Positions 36,446 through 46,153 of a DNA stretch of 64,000 nucleotides are shown here, piece after piece. The notes beneath the pieces are model-generated. The model was given only the letters and a program-made list of their open reading frames with translations. It made no database searches and had not been told where the DNA came from. How positions within the stretch are numbered: the first letter of the stretch is position 1; the number at the start of each line of letters is the position of its first letter. Where the stretch lies: NCBI GenBank assembly GCA_963698385.1, contig CAVOQP010000010.1:529518-593517 (forward strand), read 5' to 3'. This stretch comes from an uncultured Acidimicrobiia bacterium (lineage in GTDB: Bacteria > Actinomycetota > Acidimicrobiia > Spongiisociales > JAENVV01). The translations under genes were made by a program, and so were the position numbers.

Positions 36446-37690
36446 CTACTTCGCCAACACCGTTCCCGGCGCCTTCTTCACAATGGCTTCGAGGGCCTGG
36501 TAGGCCTGCTCCCCGATTCCCTTCTCCTCCTCGTTGAGGAGATTGGCCATCACCTTGAGGACCCACTCCATGAGCGGTCGCGACCGCAGGCCCACATGGG
36601 TGAGCGTGCGCATGACCGAGGGGTAGCCGATCGCCTTCACGAAGAGACGGGCAAAGCGGTAGTAGTCGCCGTACTCGTCCTGCAGGCTGGCCTCGTACCG
36701 ACCAAGCAGCGTGGGATCATGAGCGTCGATGGCCTCGCCGAGCACCCGGGCGGCGAGATGACCGGTCTCATAGGCGTAGGAGATCCCCTCACCGTTCCAG
36801 GGGTTGATGGCCCCGGCTGCATCGCCGACGATCAGCCAATTCGGACCGGAGCGCGGTCCCACCGAGAGCGCCATCGAGAGCTTTCCGCCCCGGTGCCCCG
36901 TGGGGTTGGTCAGGTCCCAGTAGTCGGGTGAAGAGTCGACGTAGGCACTCATCATGTCGCTCGTGTTGACGTCCTTCCATCGCTTGAACGTCGAGAGGAG
37001 ACCGACGCCGACGTTCACCTGCCCGTCGCCGAGGGGGAAGATCCATCCATAACCCGGCATTGCAGCGCCAGTGGCGTCTCGAATGTCGAGCTGGGACTCC
37101 ATGAAGCGGTCGTCGCTGCGCGGGGAGTCGAAATAGCCGCGGGCGGCGAGGCCCATGGGGTAATCACGACGCCGGTGGGTGCCGAGTTCCCTGCCGACTC
37201 GCGACAGAGAGCCGTCCGCCACCACCACGTAATCGACATCGATCACCTCACTGTCCGTCCCTCGGTCGAGGGTGACCGAGGAGATCCTGCCCCGATCGAC
37301 CTGGACCGAGCCGGTTGTTCGATCGACGATCTTGACGCCCTCGGCCCTGGCCAACTCGGCGACCTGGAGATCAAGATCCCGCCGACGGATGATGCCGCCC
37401 CAGTTCGGGAAGACGGGATGGTCGGGCCAGTCGAGTTCCAGGCAGAGCGAGTCACCGGCGTAGGAGCGGAGACCGGTCACCCGGTGGAAGCCGGGGACGT
37501 CGAAGTCGAACCCCATGCGTTGGAGTTGGTGGATGGCCCGCGGAGTCAAACCGTCCCCACAGGTCTTGTCCCTGGGGAAGCGCTTCTTCTCGATGAGGGT
37601 CACATCGTGACCGGCCTTCGCCAGCCAGAGCGCGGCAGCTGCCCCGCCGGGTCCGGCTCCGATCACTGCGATCCTGGGGGAGGACGACAT
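36446..37690 (-). CDS. Geranylgeranyl-reductase-family FAD-dependent oxidoreductase
   Basis: IAVIGAGPGGAAAALWLAKAGHDVTLIEK dinucleotide fold and GDAAG motif. Confidence 0.8.
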   Translation of the reverse strand: MSSSPRIAVIGAGPGGAAAALWLAKAGHDVTLIEKKRFPRDKTCGDGLTPRAIHQLQRMGFDFDVPGFHRVTGLRSYAGDSLCLELDWPDHPVFPNWGGIIRRRDLDLQVAELARAEGVKIVDRTTGSVQVDRGRISSVTLDRGTDSEVIDVDYVVVADGSLSRVGRELGTHRRRDYPMGLAARGYFDSPRSDDRFMESQLDIRDATGAAMPGYGWIFPLGDGQVNVGVGLLSTFKRWKDVNTSDMMSAYVDSSPDYWDLTNPTGHRGGKLSMALSVGPRSGPNWLIVGDAAGAINPWNGEGISYAYETGHLAARVLGEAIDAHDPTLLGRYEASLQDEYGDYYRFARLFVKAIGYPSVMRTLTHVGLRSRPLMEWVLKVMANLLNEEEKGIGEQAYQALEAIVKKAPGTVLAK

Positions 37691-37786
37691 CGACGGGAAG
37701 GGTACCGCCGGGTCCGGCCTAGCCCGTGGGAGGGACCCGTCCTCGACCCGGCACCGAAGCGTCATCGGGACAATCTCCTACAATCC

Positions 37787-37805
37787 ATGTGAGATCTCTC
37801 ACAAT
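37787..37805 (+). promoter_or_regulatory. Candidate Rex operator ATGTGAG-ATCT-CTCACAA (core TGTGAGA-TC-TCTCACA, a perfect palindrome) overlapping the rex promoter
   Basis: 11/14 match to TTGTGAA-N4-TTCACAA. A TAGAGT -10-like hexamer at 37811-16 lies 6 nt before the rex ATG. Confidence 0.5.
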
Positions 37806-37822
37806 TGGTCTAGAGTGTGGCC

Positions 37823-38434
37823 ATGACCAAGCATGCGATCCCCCGGGCGACGGTTCGGCGCCTCCCCCGTTACCTGGGATTCCTCGAAGGGATGGAGCGA
37901 AACACCGTCTCCTCCAAACAGTTGGCGCTCGGCTCCGCAACCACCGATGCCATCGTCCGTCGGGACATGCTCGAGATGGGCATCTCGGGAACCCGCGGCG
38001 TTGGCTATGACGTGGCCACCCTCATCGACGTGTTCCGTCGGGAGTTGGGGGTCGAGAAGGACCGGCGCATCGTCATCATTGGGGTCGGCCACCTGGGCAC
38101 GGCGCTCGCCAACTACGCAGGGTTCGACTCCGCCGGGTTCCACGTCATCGGCCTCTACGACACTGCACCCCGCAAGATCGGCTCCATTGAGTCGGGCCAT
38201 GTCGTCCAGTCACTCGAGGAGTTGGCCGATGATGTCGCCGATGTCAGCGTCGAGACGATCGCCATCCTCGCCGTCCCCGCGAAGGCAGCCCAAACCGCCG
38301 CCGAGGCCGTGGTGCGAGCCGGGGTCAAGTCGATCCTGAACTTCGCTCCCAGGACGCTGCACCTCGACCCCTCCATCACGGTTCGACACGTGGACCTGTC
38401 AATCGAGCTGCAGCTGCTCTCGTACTTCTCGTAG
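37823..38434 (+). CDS. rex: Redox-sensing transcriptional repressor Rex
   Basis: ATVRRLPRYLGFLE wHTH, then Rossmann GVGHLGTALANY. Confidence 0.85.
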   Translation: MTKHAIPRATVRRLPRYLGFLEGMERNTVSSKQLALGSATTDAIVRRDMLEMGISGTRGVGYDVATLIDVFRRELGVEKDRRIVIIGVGHLGTALANYAGFDSAGFHVIGLYDTAPRKIGSIESGHVVQSLEELADDVADVSVETIAILAVPAKAAQTAAEAVVRAGVKSILNFAPRTLHLDPSITVRHVDLSIELQLLSYFS

Positions 38435-38572
38435 AGAGCGCGGGCCCGAGCCAAAGCAGCACGAGCCCAAGGGGCGAGCGAGCACGAGCCAGGAGCGCCG
38501 GTCTGGTACGCCTCCATCGTCTCGCCCTCCCGTTCTTGCTCGTGCTCGTGCCCTGAGCCGTAGGCTCCGTCG

Positions 38573-40405
38573 ATGACGTGGATCCCTGACGCGGCGACGG
38601 TGGCCGGGGCCAACCTCACTCGAGCAATCGCCGATCGTGGACTCGAGTCGTATGCCGACTTCCATGCGTGGTCGGTGACCGACCGAGCAGCGTTCTGGAC
38701 CGACGTGGTCGACCGACTCGGGATCGCCTTTGCCCGTGGTCCTGCCGCTGTCCTCGGGTCCGGGGATCCACTCGATCCGCAGTGGATGCGCGGCGCGCTC
38801 CTCAACATCGCCGAAAGCTGTTTCACGGGTGACCCCACCGGGACAGCCGTCATCCACGGGACCGGGACCACATGCACCCGGGTCACCTTCGGGAAGCTCC
38901 AACAGGATGTCTGGCGGTTCGCCAACGGACTCGACGCCCTCGGCCTCGGCCCCGGCGATCGGGTCGGAGTCGCCATGCCGATGACCTATCAGTCGGTGGT
39001 CGCCTATCTCGGCACGGTGTGGGCCGGCGGGACGGTCGTCTCGATCGCCGACTCGTTCGCACCTCCGGAGATCGCCACCCGGCTACGAATCGCTGATGCC
39101 CACCTCGTCGTCACCCAAGACCGGGTCGAGCGCGGCGGGAAGGAGCTCCCGATGGCGGCCAAGGTCTTGGCGGCCGGGGCCGAGCGGGCGGTCGTCGTCG
39201 ACACCGGTGGCCCGATCAGGTCGAGGCCCGGGGATCTCGACTGGACCGCGTTCATGGCGGATCCCACCGAACGCCCCGCGACCCGAACCGCGCCCCACCA
39301 CAGGACGAACATCCTCTTCTCGTCGGGTACCACCGGCGATCCAAAGGCGATCCCGTGGACCCAGGTGACCCCGATCAAGGCCGCCATGGACGGGTACTTC
39401 CACCAGGACATCCATGCTTCCGACGTCGTGGCCTGGCCGACGAACCTCGGATGGATGATGGGTCCGTGGCTCATCTACGCCACGCTCATCAACGGGGCCA
39501 CCATGGCCCTCCACGATGACGTGCCCACAGGCCATTCGTTCGCCGACTTCGTCGAGTCGGCGGGGGTCACGATCCTCGGCGTGGTCCCGAGCCTCGTCGC
39601 CTCGTGGCGAGCCACAGGTGTGTTGTGCGAGGCGGATTGGAGCCGGGTCCGACTCTTCAGCACAACAGGTGAAGCCTCGAAGGCGGCCGACATGGAGTGG
39701 CTGATGGAGGTTGGCGGGGGAAAACCGGTGATCGAGTACTGCGGTGGCACCGAGATCGGGGGCGGCTACCTCACTTCGACCGTACTCCACCCCTCGGTGC
39801 CCTCCCACTTCACCACTGCCGCCCTTGGCCTCGACCTGATGATCCTCGACGACAAGGGCCACCCGGGGGAGATCGGCGAGGTGTTCCTCGAACCACCTTC
39901 GATCGGGCTCTCGGAGACACTCCTCAACAGCGATCACTTCACCGTCTACCACGCGGAGGCACCTGCACTCGGCGGCCGCACCCTCCGCCGCCACGGGGAT
40001 GAGGTGATTCGCCTCCCTGACGGGACCTACCGAGTACTGGGGAGGGCGGACGACACGATGAACCTCGGCGGAATCAAGGTGGGGTCAGCGGAGCTCGAAC
40101 GGGCGATCGCCGATACCCCGGGCCTGGCGGACTGCGCCGCCGTCGCAGTGGCATCGGATGGGGGCGGCCCTGCCATGCTGGTGATCTTCGCCGTGGCCGC
40201 GACCGGGACAGACCCCGAGGAGCTGAGAACGGCATTCACGGTCGGGATCAGGGAACGACTCAATCCCCTCTTCAAGGTGGCGAGAGTGGTGATCGTCGAT
40301 GCGCTCCCGCGGACGGCATCAGGAAAGGTGATGCGCCGGGAGCTACGCGACCGGGCTGCTGTCCAGGACGAGAAGCCCCTCGCGGACGCAGACGCAGACG
40401 CCTAG
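38573..40405 (+). CDS. AMP-dependent synthetase/ligase (acetyl-/acyl-CoA synthetase family)
   Basis: FSSGTTGDPK AMP-binding motif, ...GRADDTMNLGGIKV, ...PRTASGKVMRR. Confidence 0.8.
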   Translation: MTWIPDAATVAGANLTRAIADRGLESYADFHAWSVTDRAAFWTDVVDRLGIAFARGPAAVLGSGDPLDPQWMRGALLNIAESCFTGDPTGTAVIHGTGTTCTRVTFGKLQQDVWRFANGLDALGLGPGDRVGVAMPMTYQSVVAYLGTVWAGGTVVSIADSFAPPEIATRLRIADAHLVVTQDRVERGGKELPMAAKVLAAGAERAVVVDTGGPIRSRPGDLDWTAFMADPTERPATRTAPHHRTNILFSSGTTGDPKAIPWTQVTPIKAAMDGYFHQDIHASDVVAWPTNLGWMMGPWLIYATLINGATMALHDDVPTGHSFADFVESAGVTILGVVPSLVASWRATGVLCEADWSRVRLFSTTGEASKAADMEWLMEVGGGKPVIEYCGGTEIGGGYLTSTVLHPSVPSHFTTAALGLDLMILDDKGHPGEIGEVFLEPPSIGLSETLLNSDHFTVYHAEAPALGGRTLRRHGDEVIRLPDGTYRVLGRADDTMNLGGIKVGSAELERAIADTPGLADCAAVAVASDGGGPAMLVIFAVAATGTDPEELRTAFTVGIRERLNPLFKVARVVIVDALPRTASGKVMRRELRDRAAVQDEKPLADADADA

Positions 40406-40758
40406 ATGTCCTTGTCCTGCTCTTGCTCCCACTTGCCCAAGGCCGTGAGGAACATGAAGAACAGGATCGTGGAGACGATCATCCAGCTGAGGGGGATGAT
40501 CCGGATCTCGAAGTTGTTGAGTCCTTCGAAGTTGGCCGGCTTGGGGCCCCGCGGGGCGTACATGACGAACAGAAGGGAGTTGATCGCCATCCACCCCGAC
40601 AGGCCTGCTCCAACGACGAGGAAGGCCAGTTTCTTGCCGAGATTGGTGGCGTTGATGAGGTACACCGACCCGTAGAACACGAGGATCGCCGACAGCACCA
40701 GGACGATGCCGGTGAACAGGACACTTGAGCTCAACAGCTCCCGCATGAGTTCTCGCAT
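40402..40758 (-). CDS. Small 3-TM membrane protein (last gene of the bc-complex operon)
   Basis: 118 aa and hydrophobic. Overlaps the stop of the upstream cytochrome c gene. Confidence 0.5.
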   Translation of the reverse strand: MRELMRELLSSSVLFTGIVLVLSAILVFYGSVYLINATNLGKKLAFLVVGAGLSGWMAINSLLFVMYAPRGPKPANFEGLNNFEIRIIPLSWMIVSTILFFMFLTALGKWEQEQDKDI

Positions 40759-42281
40759 CAGTTGCCTCCTCCGAGCGCTGGACCGCCCAAGGTGTCGCCC
40801 AGCAGGTATGTGGCCAGCAGGTCGAGGTCGGCCTGGGAGAGCAAACCACCGAACCCGGGCATGTACCCGCGGCCGATGCCGTTCACGCCGTAGGGCTGGC
40901 CCGACACGGAGCCCGAGGCGATGAAGCCGGCCAGGCTCACGGCGTCACCGAACTGGACCGTCGCCCTGGGTGGCAGCAACGATGGCCCGAACCCGCCGGC
41001 GCCGATCGGGCCCTGGAACGCCGCCCCGGCCGAGTATCCGGTGGTGTGACATCGCGAGCAGTTGGCGTTGAAGAGGTTGATGGCTCGTTGGGCCGAGGCG
41101 CGGTCGCCACTGAATGAAGCGTCCGCCACCGCATCGATGTCGACCTCCCACAGCGCACCTGAGATGGCGTCGGTCAAATAGTCGAGCCCACCCTGGAACC
41201 GCTCGAGGGTCCGGGCCTTGGTCTCGGCCGCCACCTCGAAGAGCTGGATCGTCTTGATGATTCTCGAGAAGTCGCCTTCCACGACGTGGCCGCCCTCGTC
41301 GGTGTAGCCGTGGAACACGTCGCCGTCGTCGGTGACCCCGTTCGTCCTTGGGTTCCGCGGGTCGAGGTCGAGGTCGGGTATCAGCACGGGCGTCACGCCG
41401 AGTACCTCGTACTCCTTGAGCCCGAGGGCTGCCACCTCGGCGAAGAGCCCGGGGAGGAGGTTCTCGGCATTGTCGGAGAGGCCGTCCCGGTCGACGTCGA
41501 CGCCGTCGTCCTCCGAGAGGGCCACGATCTTCTCACCGATGACAGAGAGGGCCGGGGCGAAGCGCCCCGCATCGTTGGCGAATGCGACCAGCGTCTGCTG
41601 GGATGCCAGCAGCGCGGCCGCCGCGTCGCCGCTTCCTTCGAGCCTGGCCTGGGCGACTGCCACGTCGCCTTCGATGAGGTTGAGCGCCTCGGCCTGGGTG
41701 AGTTGGACCGACTCGATGTAGTTGAGGAGGTCTTCGACCTCCTGGTCGTTGAGGGGTCCGCCCCCAGCGAGACCCCACGCCGGCATCGGGGTCCCCGGGC
41801 GCCCGTACTCGATCCAGAACTTGACCTCGTCGCGGCTGTACCGATACATGATCGTGTCGAGTCGGGGAGCCAGCCAACTGACAGCCACGTTGGACCGGCC
41901 CTCGACGAAGGAGGCCACGCCCCCGGACAGCCCCGGTCCATGACACCCGGCGCAGTCGAGTCCACCGTCGGCGGTGGTGGCCGCAGCCGCGGTCCCGCGC
42001 GCCAGCGACTCCGCCTCGAAGTCGTGGGCGAACCCGGCCTGGCGGTCGGTCTCACCGAGGAAGTACACCGGCATCGAGATGGCGAGGAAAGCAGCGAAGA
42101 TGACCGACCAGGCCAGGGCCTTGTCGAGTCGGGGACCCTCCAGTTCGTCGTTCGGCATCCCCGGGCGCAGGTTCGCCGGGACCTTCTCCTTGCCCTTCCC
42201 ACGCACGGAGCCGACGACCATGTACGACAACCAGGTGACGACCGCGACCGCGGCGAGCACCATGACGAGACTGTTCAGCAT
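40758..42281 (-). CDS. Membrane-anchored di-heme c-type cytochrome
   Basis: AAAGGAG RBS. N-terminal TM segment, then CAGCHG and CSRCHT heme motifs. Confidence 0.8.
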   Translation of the reverse strand: MLNSLVMVLAAVAVVTWLSYMVVGSVRGKGKEKVPANLRPGMPNDELEGPRLDKALAWSVIFAAFLAISMPVYFLGETDRQAGFAHDFEAESLARGTAAAATTADGGLDCAGCHGPGLSGGVASFVEGRSNVAVSWLAPRLDTIMYRYSRDEVKFWIEYGRPGTPMPAWGLAGGGPLNDQEVEDLLNYIESVQLTQAEALNLIEGDVAVAQARLEGSGDAAAALLASQQTLVAFANDAGRFAPALSVIGEKIVALSEDDGVDVDRDGLSDNAENLLPGLFAEVAALGLKEYEVLGVTPVLIPDLDLDPRNPRTNGVTDDGDVFHGYTDEGGHVVEGDFSRIIKTIQLFEVAAETKARTLERFQGGLDYLTDAISGALWEVDIDAVADASFSGDRASAQRAINLFNANCSRCHTTGYSAGAAFQGPIGAGGFGPSLLPPRATVQFGDAVSLAGFIASGSVSGQPYGVNGIGRGYMPGFGGLLSQADLDLLATYLLGDTLGGPALGGGN

Positions 42282-42300
42282 GTTGTCAGCTCCTTTCTCG

Positions 42301-43158
42301 TCAGATGCAGGACGGGCCCTGCGGGTACTTCACGGACTTACGGACGGCACGAGATGTCTCGATGATCTGGCCGGTGCTGATGATGAACCGGTTGCGATCG
42401 TTCACCGCCACGACGAAGCGGTCGAGGTTGCGAGGCGCCGGGCCGGCGATGTATTCACCGGCGGCGTTGTACTTCGATCCGTGGCAGGGGCACTCGAATC
42501 CCTGTGACGGTGTGCACCACGGGACCCGGCAGCCGAGGTGCACGCAGGTCTGGTAGAGGGCGACCAGGTTGTGGTCGACCGTCGAGTTTCCCTCGAACTG
42601 GGACCCGGTCACCGACTCCGGCAGCATTGGGATGACGTAGGCGCGGGCCTCCGGGAGGAACAGCGGGCTGATGGTCCCGTCGGCGTTGAGGACCTTGGCC
42701 AGGATCTCGTCGGCATCGCCACCATCGATGTCCGCCCCGAAGCCGCCCTTCACCTTCGGCCACATGAAGGCAAAGGCGCTCATCCCGAAACCGGCGAGGA
42801 AGGTCCCCCACATGGCAAGGAGGGCACGGTTCAGGAACATGCGGCGGGTGACGCCTTGCTCGTCGGGGGTGGCCTCGACGTAGTCCACGACGACGGGGGA
42901 CTCCTCGGCCACTTCGGTGAGGACCATCGTGTCGCCGGTCCCGGCGTCCGCCACGGCATCCGCCACTGCGTGCTCCTCGGCGACCTGGGCAGTGGCGATC
43001 ATCACCGGGACCTCGGAGCGCTTGTCGGCCTTGGCGGCCTTCTCGTCGACCCTCGCCTTCCAGCCCGGGTCGTTGCTCCGGCGGTAGGCAATCGTGAAGG
43101 CGGCCGCAGCAGCAAGGACGGCAACCGCCGCCAGCGCAATCGGGAGCAGGTCGGTCAT
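42301..43158 (-). CDS. Rieske [2Fe-2S] iron-sulfur subunit of a cytochrome bc/b6f-type complex
   Basis: CVHLGC...CPCHGS Rieske boxes with an N-terminal TM anchor. The long N-terminal extension of ORF 42301..43473 is rejected. Confidence 0.85.
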   Translation of the reverse strand: MTDLLPIALAAVAVLAAAAAFTIAYRRSNDPGWKARVDEKAAKADKRSEVPVMIATAQVAEEHAVADAVADAGTGDTMVLTEVAEESPVVVDYVEATPDEQGVTRRMFLNRALLAMWGTFLAGFGMSAFAFMWPKVKGGFGADIDGGDADEILAKVLNADGTISPLFLPEARAYVIPMLPESVTGSQFEGNSTVDHNLVALYQTCVHLGCRVPWCTPSQGFECPCHGSKYNAAGEYIAGPAPRNLDRFVVAVNDRNRFIISTGQIIETSRAVRKSVKYPQGPSCI

Positions 43159-43967
43159 CAGTGGCCTCCGAGGTCCGCGAAGTGGACCCAGTCCTTGAGA
43201 TCGTCGAAGAAGATCCCATCGTTCCACGGGTAGACGAAGTTGAAGCCCGGACCCCGGAAGAGGACACCGAACATCGTGAGCGTCGCCGCGCCCATCAGGA
43301 AGAACGTGAACATGAAGATCACGAACTTGCGATCGGATGGCTTGGTCGAAGGGTTCTTGTCGATGTAGGGCACGGCCATGAGCCCGAACAGACCGGTGAT
43401 GAGCGGGACCGACACACCTGCGACCGCAGGGTCGAAGTAGGAAAGGAGTTCCTGCAAGCCGAGGAAGTACCACGGGGCCTTCGACGGGTTGGGGGTGGCG
43501 TTGAAGTTCGCGGCCTCGAGCAGCGGAGCCTGGAGGATGGTCGAGAGAACGATGAGGATCCCGGTGACCGCGAGAAGAGCCGCGAACTCGATGATCATCA
43601 GGTGCGGCCAGGTGTTCACCTTGTCCTGGGGTTCGACCTTGGCCTGCTGAATCGCCTTGGCCTTGACGACGGTGAGGAGACGCTGGGTCCGCACACCCTC
43701 CGGGCCCGAGACCGCCGGGGCGACCGGGCGCACCGAGGTGGCTTTCGACGGGTCACCGGTCATCACCACTGCGGCAGGCACCGGTGCAGCCGCAGGAGCA
43801 GCCGCGACAGCCGGTGCCGGTTCCGCGGCGGGTACGGCCGCAACGGGCGCGGCAGTCGGGGGCGCTTCGCCCTTCAGTTGGGCCATCGCTTCCTCGACCG
43901 AGATGCCGAGTGCTTTCGCCTTGGCCTCCGCCGACCGGCGGAGTAGGTGTTCGGGGAGTTCAGCCAT
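43158..43967 (-). CDS. Cytochrome b C-terminal (subunit IV-like) protein with extra N-terminal cytoplasmic module
   Basis: PWYFLGLQELLSYF motif of cytochrome b6f subunit IV / cytochrome b C-terminus. N-terminus MAELPEHLLRRSAEAKAKALGISVEE resembles the N-termini of 47560 and 48343. Confidence 0.75.
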   Translation of the reverse strand: MAELPEHLLRRSAEAKAKALGISVEEAMAQLKGEAPPTAAPVAAVPAAEPAPAVAAAPAAAPVPAAVVMTGDPSKATSVRPVAPAVSGPEGVRTQRLLTVVKAKAIQQAKVEPQDKVNTWPHLMIIEFAALLAVTGILIVLSTILQAPLLEAANFNATPNPSKAPWYFLGLQELLSYFDPAVAGVSVPLITGLFGLMAVPYIDKNPSTKPSDRKFVIFMFTFFLMGAATLTMFGVLFRGPGFNFVYPWNDGIFFDDLKDWVHFADLGGH

Positions 43968-43979
43968 CGCACCTTCTCC

Positions 43980-44741
43980 TTACAGCGGCCCAGAGATGCC
44001 GCCATCCTTCCGGACACGCCAGAAGTGGACGGCCATGAAGATGACGATGATGAATGGGAAGAAGAGGACATGGAGCACGTACCAGCGGAGGAGGGTGTCG
44101 GCCGACACCACCGCCGAGCCCAGCAGGGTGAACTTCACCTGGCTCCCGAAGACCGGCACGAACGACGCCATGTTCGTTCCCACGGTGACGGCCCAGAGGG
44201 CCAACTGGTCCCACGGCAGGAGGTAGCCGGTGAAGGAGAGAAGGAGAGTGAGGAGCAGGAGCACGACGCCGACCACCCAGTTGAACTCGCGGGGCGGCTT
44301 GTAGGCACCGTGGTAGAAGACCCGGCTCATGTGGAGGAAGACCGTGAGCACCATGAAGTGGGCTCCCCACCGGTGCATGTTCCGCACGAGGGACCCGAAC
44401 GCCACGGAGGTCGAGAGCTCCTGGATGTCCTGGTAGGCAGCCTCGGCGGTCGGGGCGTAATAGAACATGAGGAAGATGCCGGTGATCGTCAGCAGGATGA
44501 AGAGGAAGAAGCTGAGGCCCCCGAGGCACAGGGTGTAGGAGAGCCGAACGCTGTGCCGCTTCACCTTGACCGGGTGGAGGTGATAGAGCACGTTGTTCAT
44601 GATCACGTAGGAGCGGTTGCGGGGGCTGTCCGTGTACCCCTTCTTGAAGGGGGACCCCGGCCGGAGGATCGAGTCCATGAGCGGACTGCCATGCAGGGCC
44701 GACGGAAGCTCTTTGACCTTGTTGAGGAGTTTCTGCACCAC
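43980..44741 (-). CDS. Cytochrome b6-like (N-terminal half of a split cytochrome b; bis-His heme b ligands)
   Basis: 4 TM with His pairs ([10 protein letters not shown], ...HVLFFPF...HFW). GTG start at VVQKLLNKV is an inference. Confidence 0.75.
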   Translation of the reverse strand: MVQKLLNKVKELPSALHGSPLMDSILRPGSPFKKGYTDSPRNRSYVIMNNVLYHLHPVKVKRHSVRLSYTLCLGGLSFFLFILLTITGIFLMFYYAPTAEAAYQDIQELSTSVAFGSLVRNMHRWGAHFMVLTVFLHMSRVFYHGAYKPPREFNWVVGVVLLLLTLLLSFTGYLLPWDQLALWAVTVGTNMASFVPVFGSQVKFTLLGSAVVSADTLLRWYVLHVLFFPFIIVIFMAVHFWRVRKDGGISGPL

Positions 44742-44746
44742 TGTTC

Positions 44747-45199
44747 TCACATCCCGCGAATGCCGTAGACGAACCCGTTCTTGTGGTCCCGCTCGCCCGA
44801 GTCGATCTCCCACGGGGCGGGGAGACCTTCCTGCTCGGCGGTGGCGGAGACCGAACCTTCGAACTTGCCGAGGGTGATCACGCCCGTGGGGCACCGGTCG
44901 ATGCAGAGCGCGCACCGGGTGCAGGTGTCCTCGTCCACGAGGAAGAAGCCGAACGCCTCGGGGTCATCGTGGGGATCGGCCACACCGGATGCATCGCGGA
45001 TGGCGTCGATCGAGAGGTAGTGGATGCACTTCCAGGGACAGATATCGACGCAGCCCTCACACAGGATGCATTCGGCTTGGTCGATGTGGAGGAACTGCTT
45101 GGGTCTGACCTGCTTGAGCAGGTAGTCGCCTTCGACCAGGGCGAGGGTGTAGTCGTCGCGGATCGGGGGGACTTCGAAGTAGACCTCGGTGCGGGCCAT
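44747..45199 (-). CDS. 2x[4Fe-4S] ferredoxin-type subunit
   Basis: [12 protein letters not shown] and [16 protein letters not shown] overlap with the upstream gene. Confidence 0.8.
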   Translation of the reverse strand: MARTEVYFEVPPIRDDYTLALVEGDYLLKQVRPKQFLHIDQAECILCEGCVDICPWKCIHYLSIDAIRDASGVADPHDDPEAFGFFLVDEDTCTRCALCIDRCPTGVITLGKFEGSVSATAEQEGLPAPWEIDSGERDHKNGFVYGIRGM

Positions 45200-45831
45200 C
45201 AGGCGCCGGCCTTCTTCAGCGGGCGGCCATACGGGGAGATCGCATCGCCCTCGGCCACCCTCGGTGTCGTCTTCCCCCACCCCTGGATCTTGAAAGCGAA
45301 GTACAGGACCGCCGCCAGCGAGGCGAGGTGGTAGCCACCGAGGACCATGTCCTTGAGGGCTGCGTAGGAAATGCTGATCGGGTTGTTGAGCACGATCCAC
45401 TTGGGGATCGTGAAGGCGATCTTCTGGGAGGTGAAACCGAGGGGGCCCTGGGTGAGGTTCAGCCACTCGGACGGGATGACGCCCCACACGAGGATGAGTT
45501 CGATGAAGGCCAGCCAAGCTGCGAAGCCTGCCCGTGCCCACGTCATCGGCTTGTTGGCCACCCACTGCAGCGCGGCACCGGCCAGGAGGAACTGTGAACC
45601 GCCGATCGCCACCAACTGCCCGGCGGTGAAGACGACCCAGTGGCGGGGAACCCAGGTGAGGTAGGTCGCGAAGTGCTCCTCCCCGGGAGCCGTGCCATCG
45701 GGGGCGAGCCCGGCGTGGGCAAAGAAGATCCCGACCACCAACGCGCCGAAGCCCAACACCATGAGCGCCCACGCGATGCGTGAGCGTTGCTTGTCGGTGA
45801 GGTTGGCAAGTCGATGAATCAGTCGGTCCAT
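45199..45831 (-). CDS. Hypothetical membrane protein (about 5 TM), first gene of the bc-complex operon
   Basis: MDRLIHRLANLTDKQRSRIAWALMVLGFGALVVGIFFA... Confidence 0.45.
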   Translation of the reverse strand: MDRLIHRLANLTDKQRSRIAWALMVLGFGALVVGIFFAHAGLAPDGTAPGEEHFATYLTWVPRHWVVFTAGQLVAIGGSQFLLAGAALQWVANKPMTWARAGFAAWLAFIELILVWGVIPSEWLNLTQGPLGFTSQKIAFTIPKWIVLNNPISISYAALKDMVLGGYHLASLAAVLYFAFKIQGWGKTTPRVAEGDAISPYGRPLKKAGA

Positions 45832-46153
45832 GCGAGCCGTCGATGCCTGTCTTGGGTCGGTGTTCCTGTTCGCGGCGATGCCCGTGGGAGGCCAGGGCGT
45901 CGGCGCCATGTTTAGCAGAATCACCCTACCGACATCGAAACGGGATCAAGGTCCGGATCGCCGTCGAGGACGGGTCCCGGGGCGTCGGAGGCCGGGACCG
46001 AGCGGCGGCTGGAAGGCGGGTTTTGACGCTCCCCATCCGGAGAGCGAGAATGCGTGACGCCGGCGCGGGTTCGCGTCGGGCGAGGGAGCATGAAGGAGTC
46101 GCGGACCGGTAGGCTGCGGCCGTCTCCGACCGAGGAAAGAGAAGGAGTTGGGG

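Noticed and set aside
42301-43473. Upstream 105 codons of the Rieske ORF
   Set aside because: They overlap the subunit-IV-like gene end and are low-complexity. ATG at 43158 with the ATGA overlap gives a normal 285-aa Rieske protein with an N-terminal TM anchor.
45925-46147. GACGC-N12-GCGTC and other short palindromes in the divergent promoter region between the bc operon and the 12-TM gene
   Set aside because: Short 5-bp arms, common by chance at 70% GC. No match to Rex, NsrR or FNR consensus.
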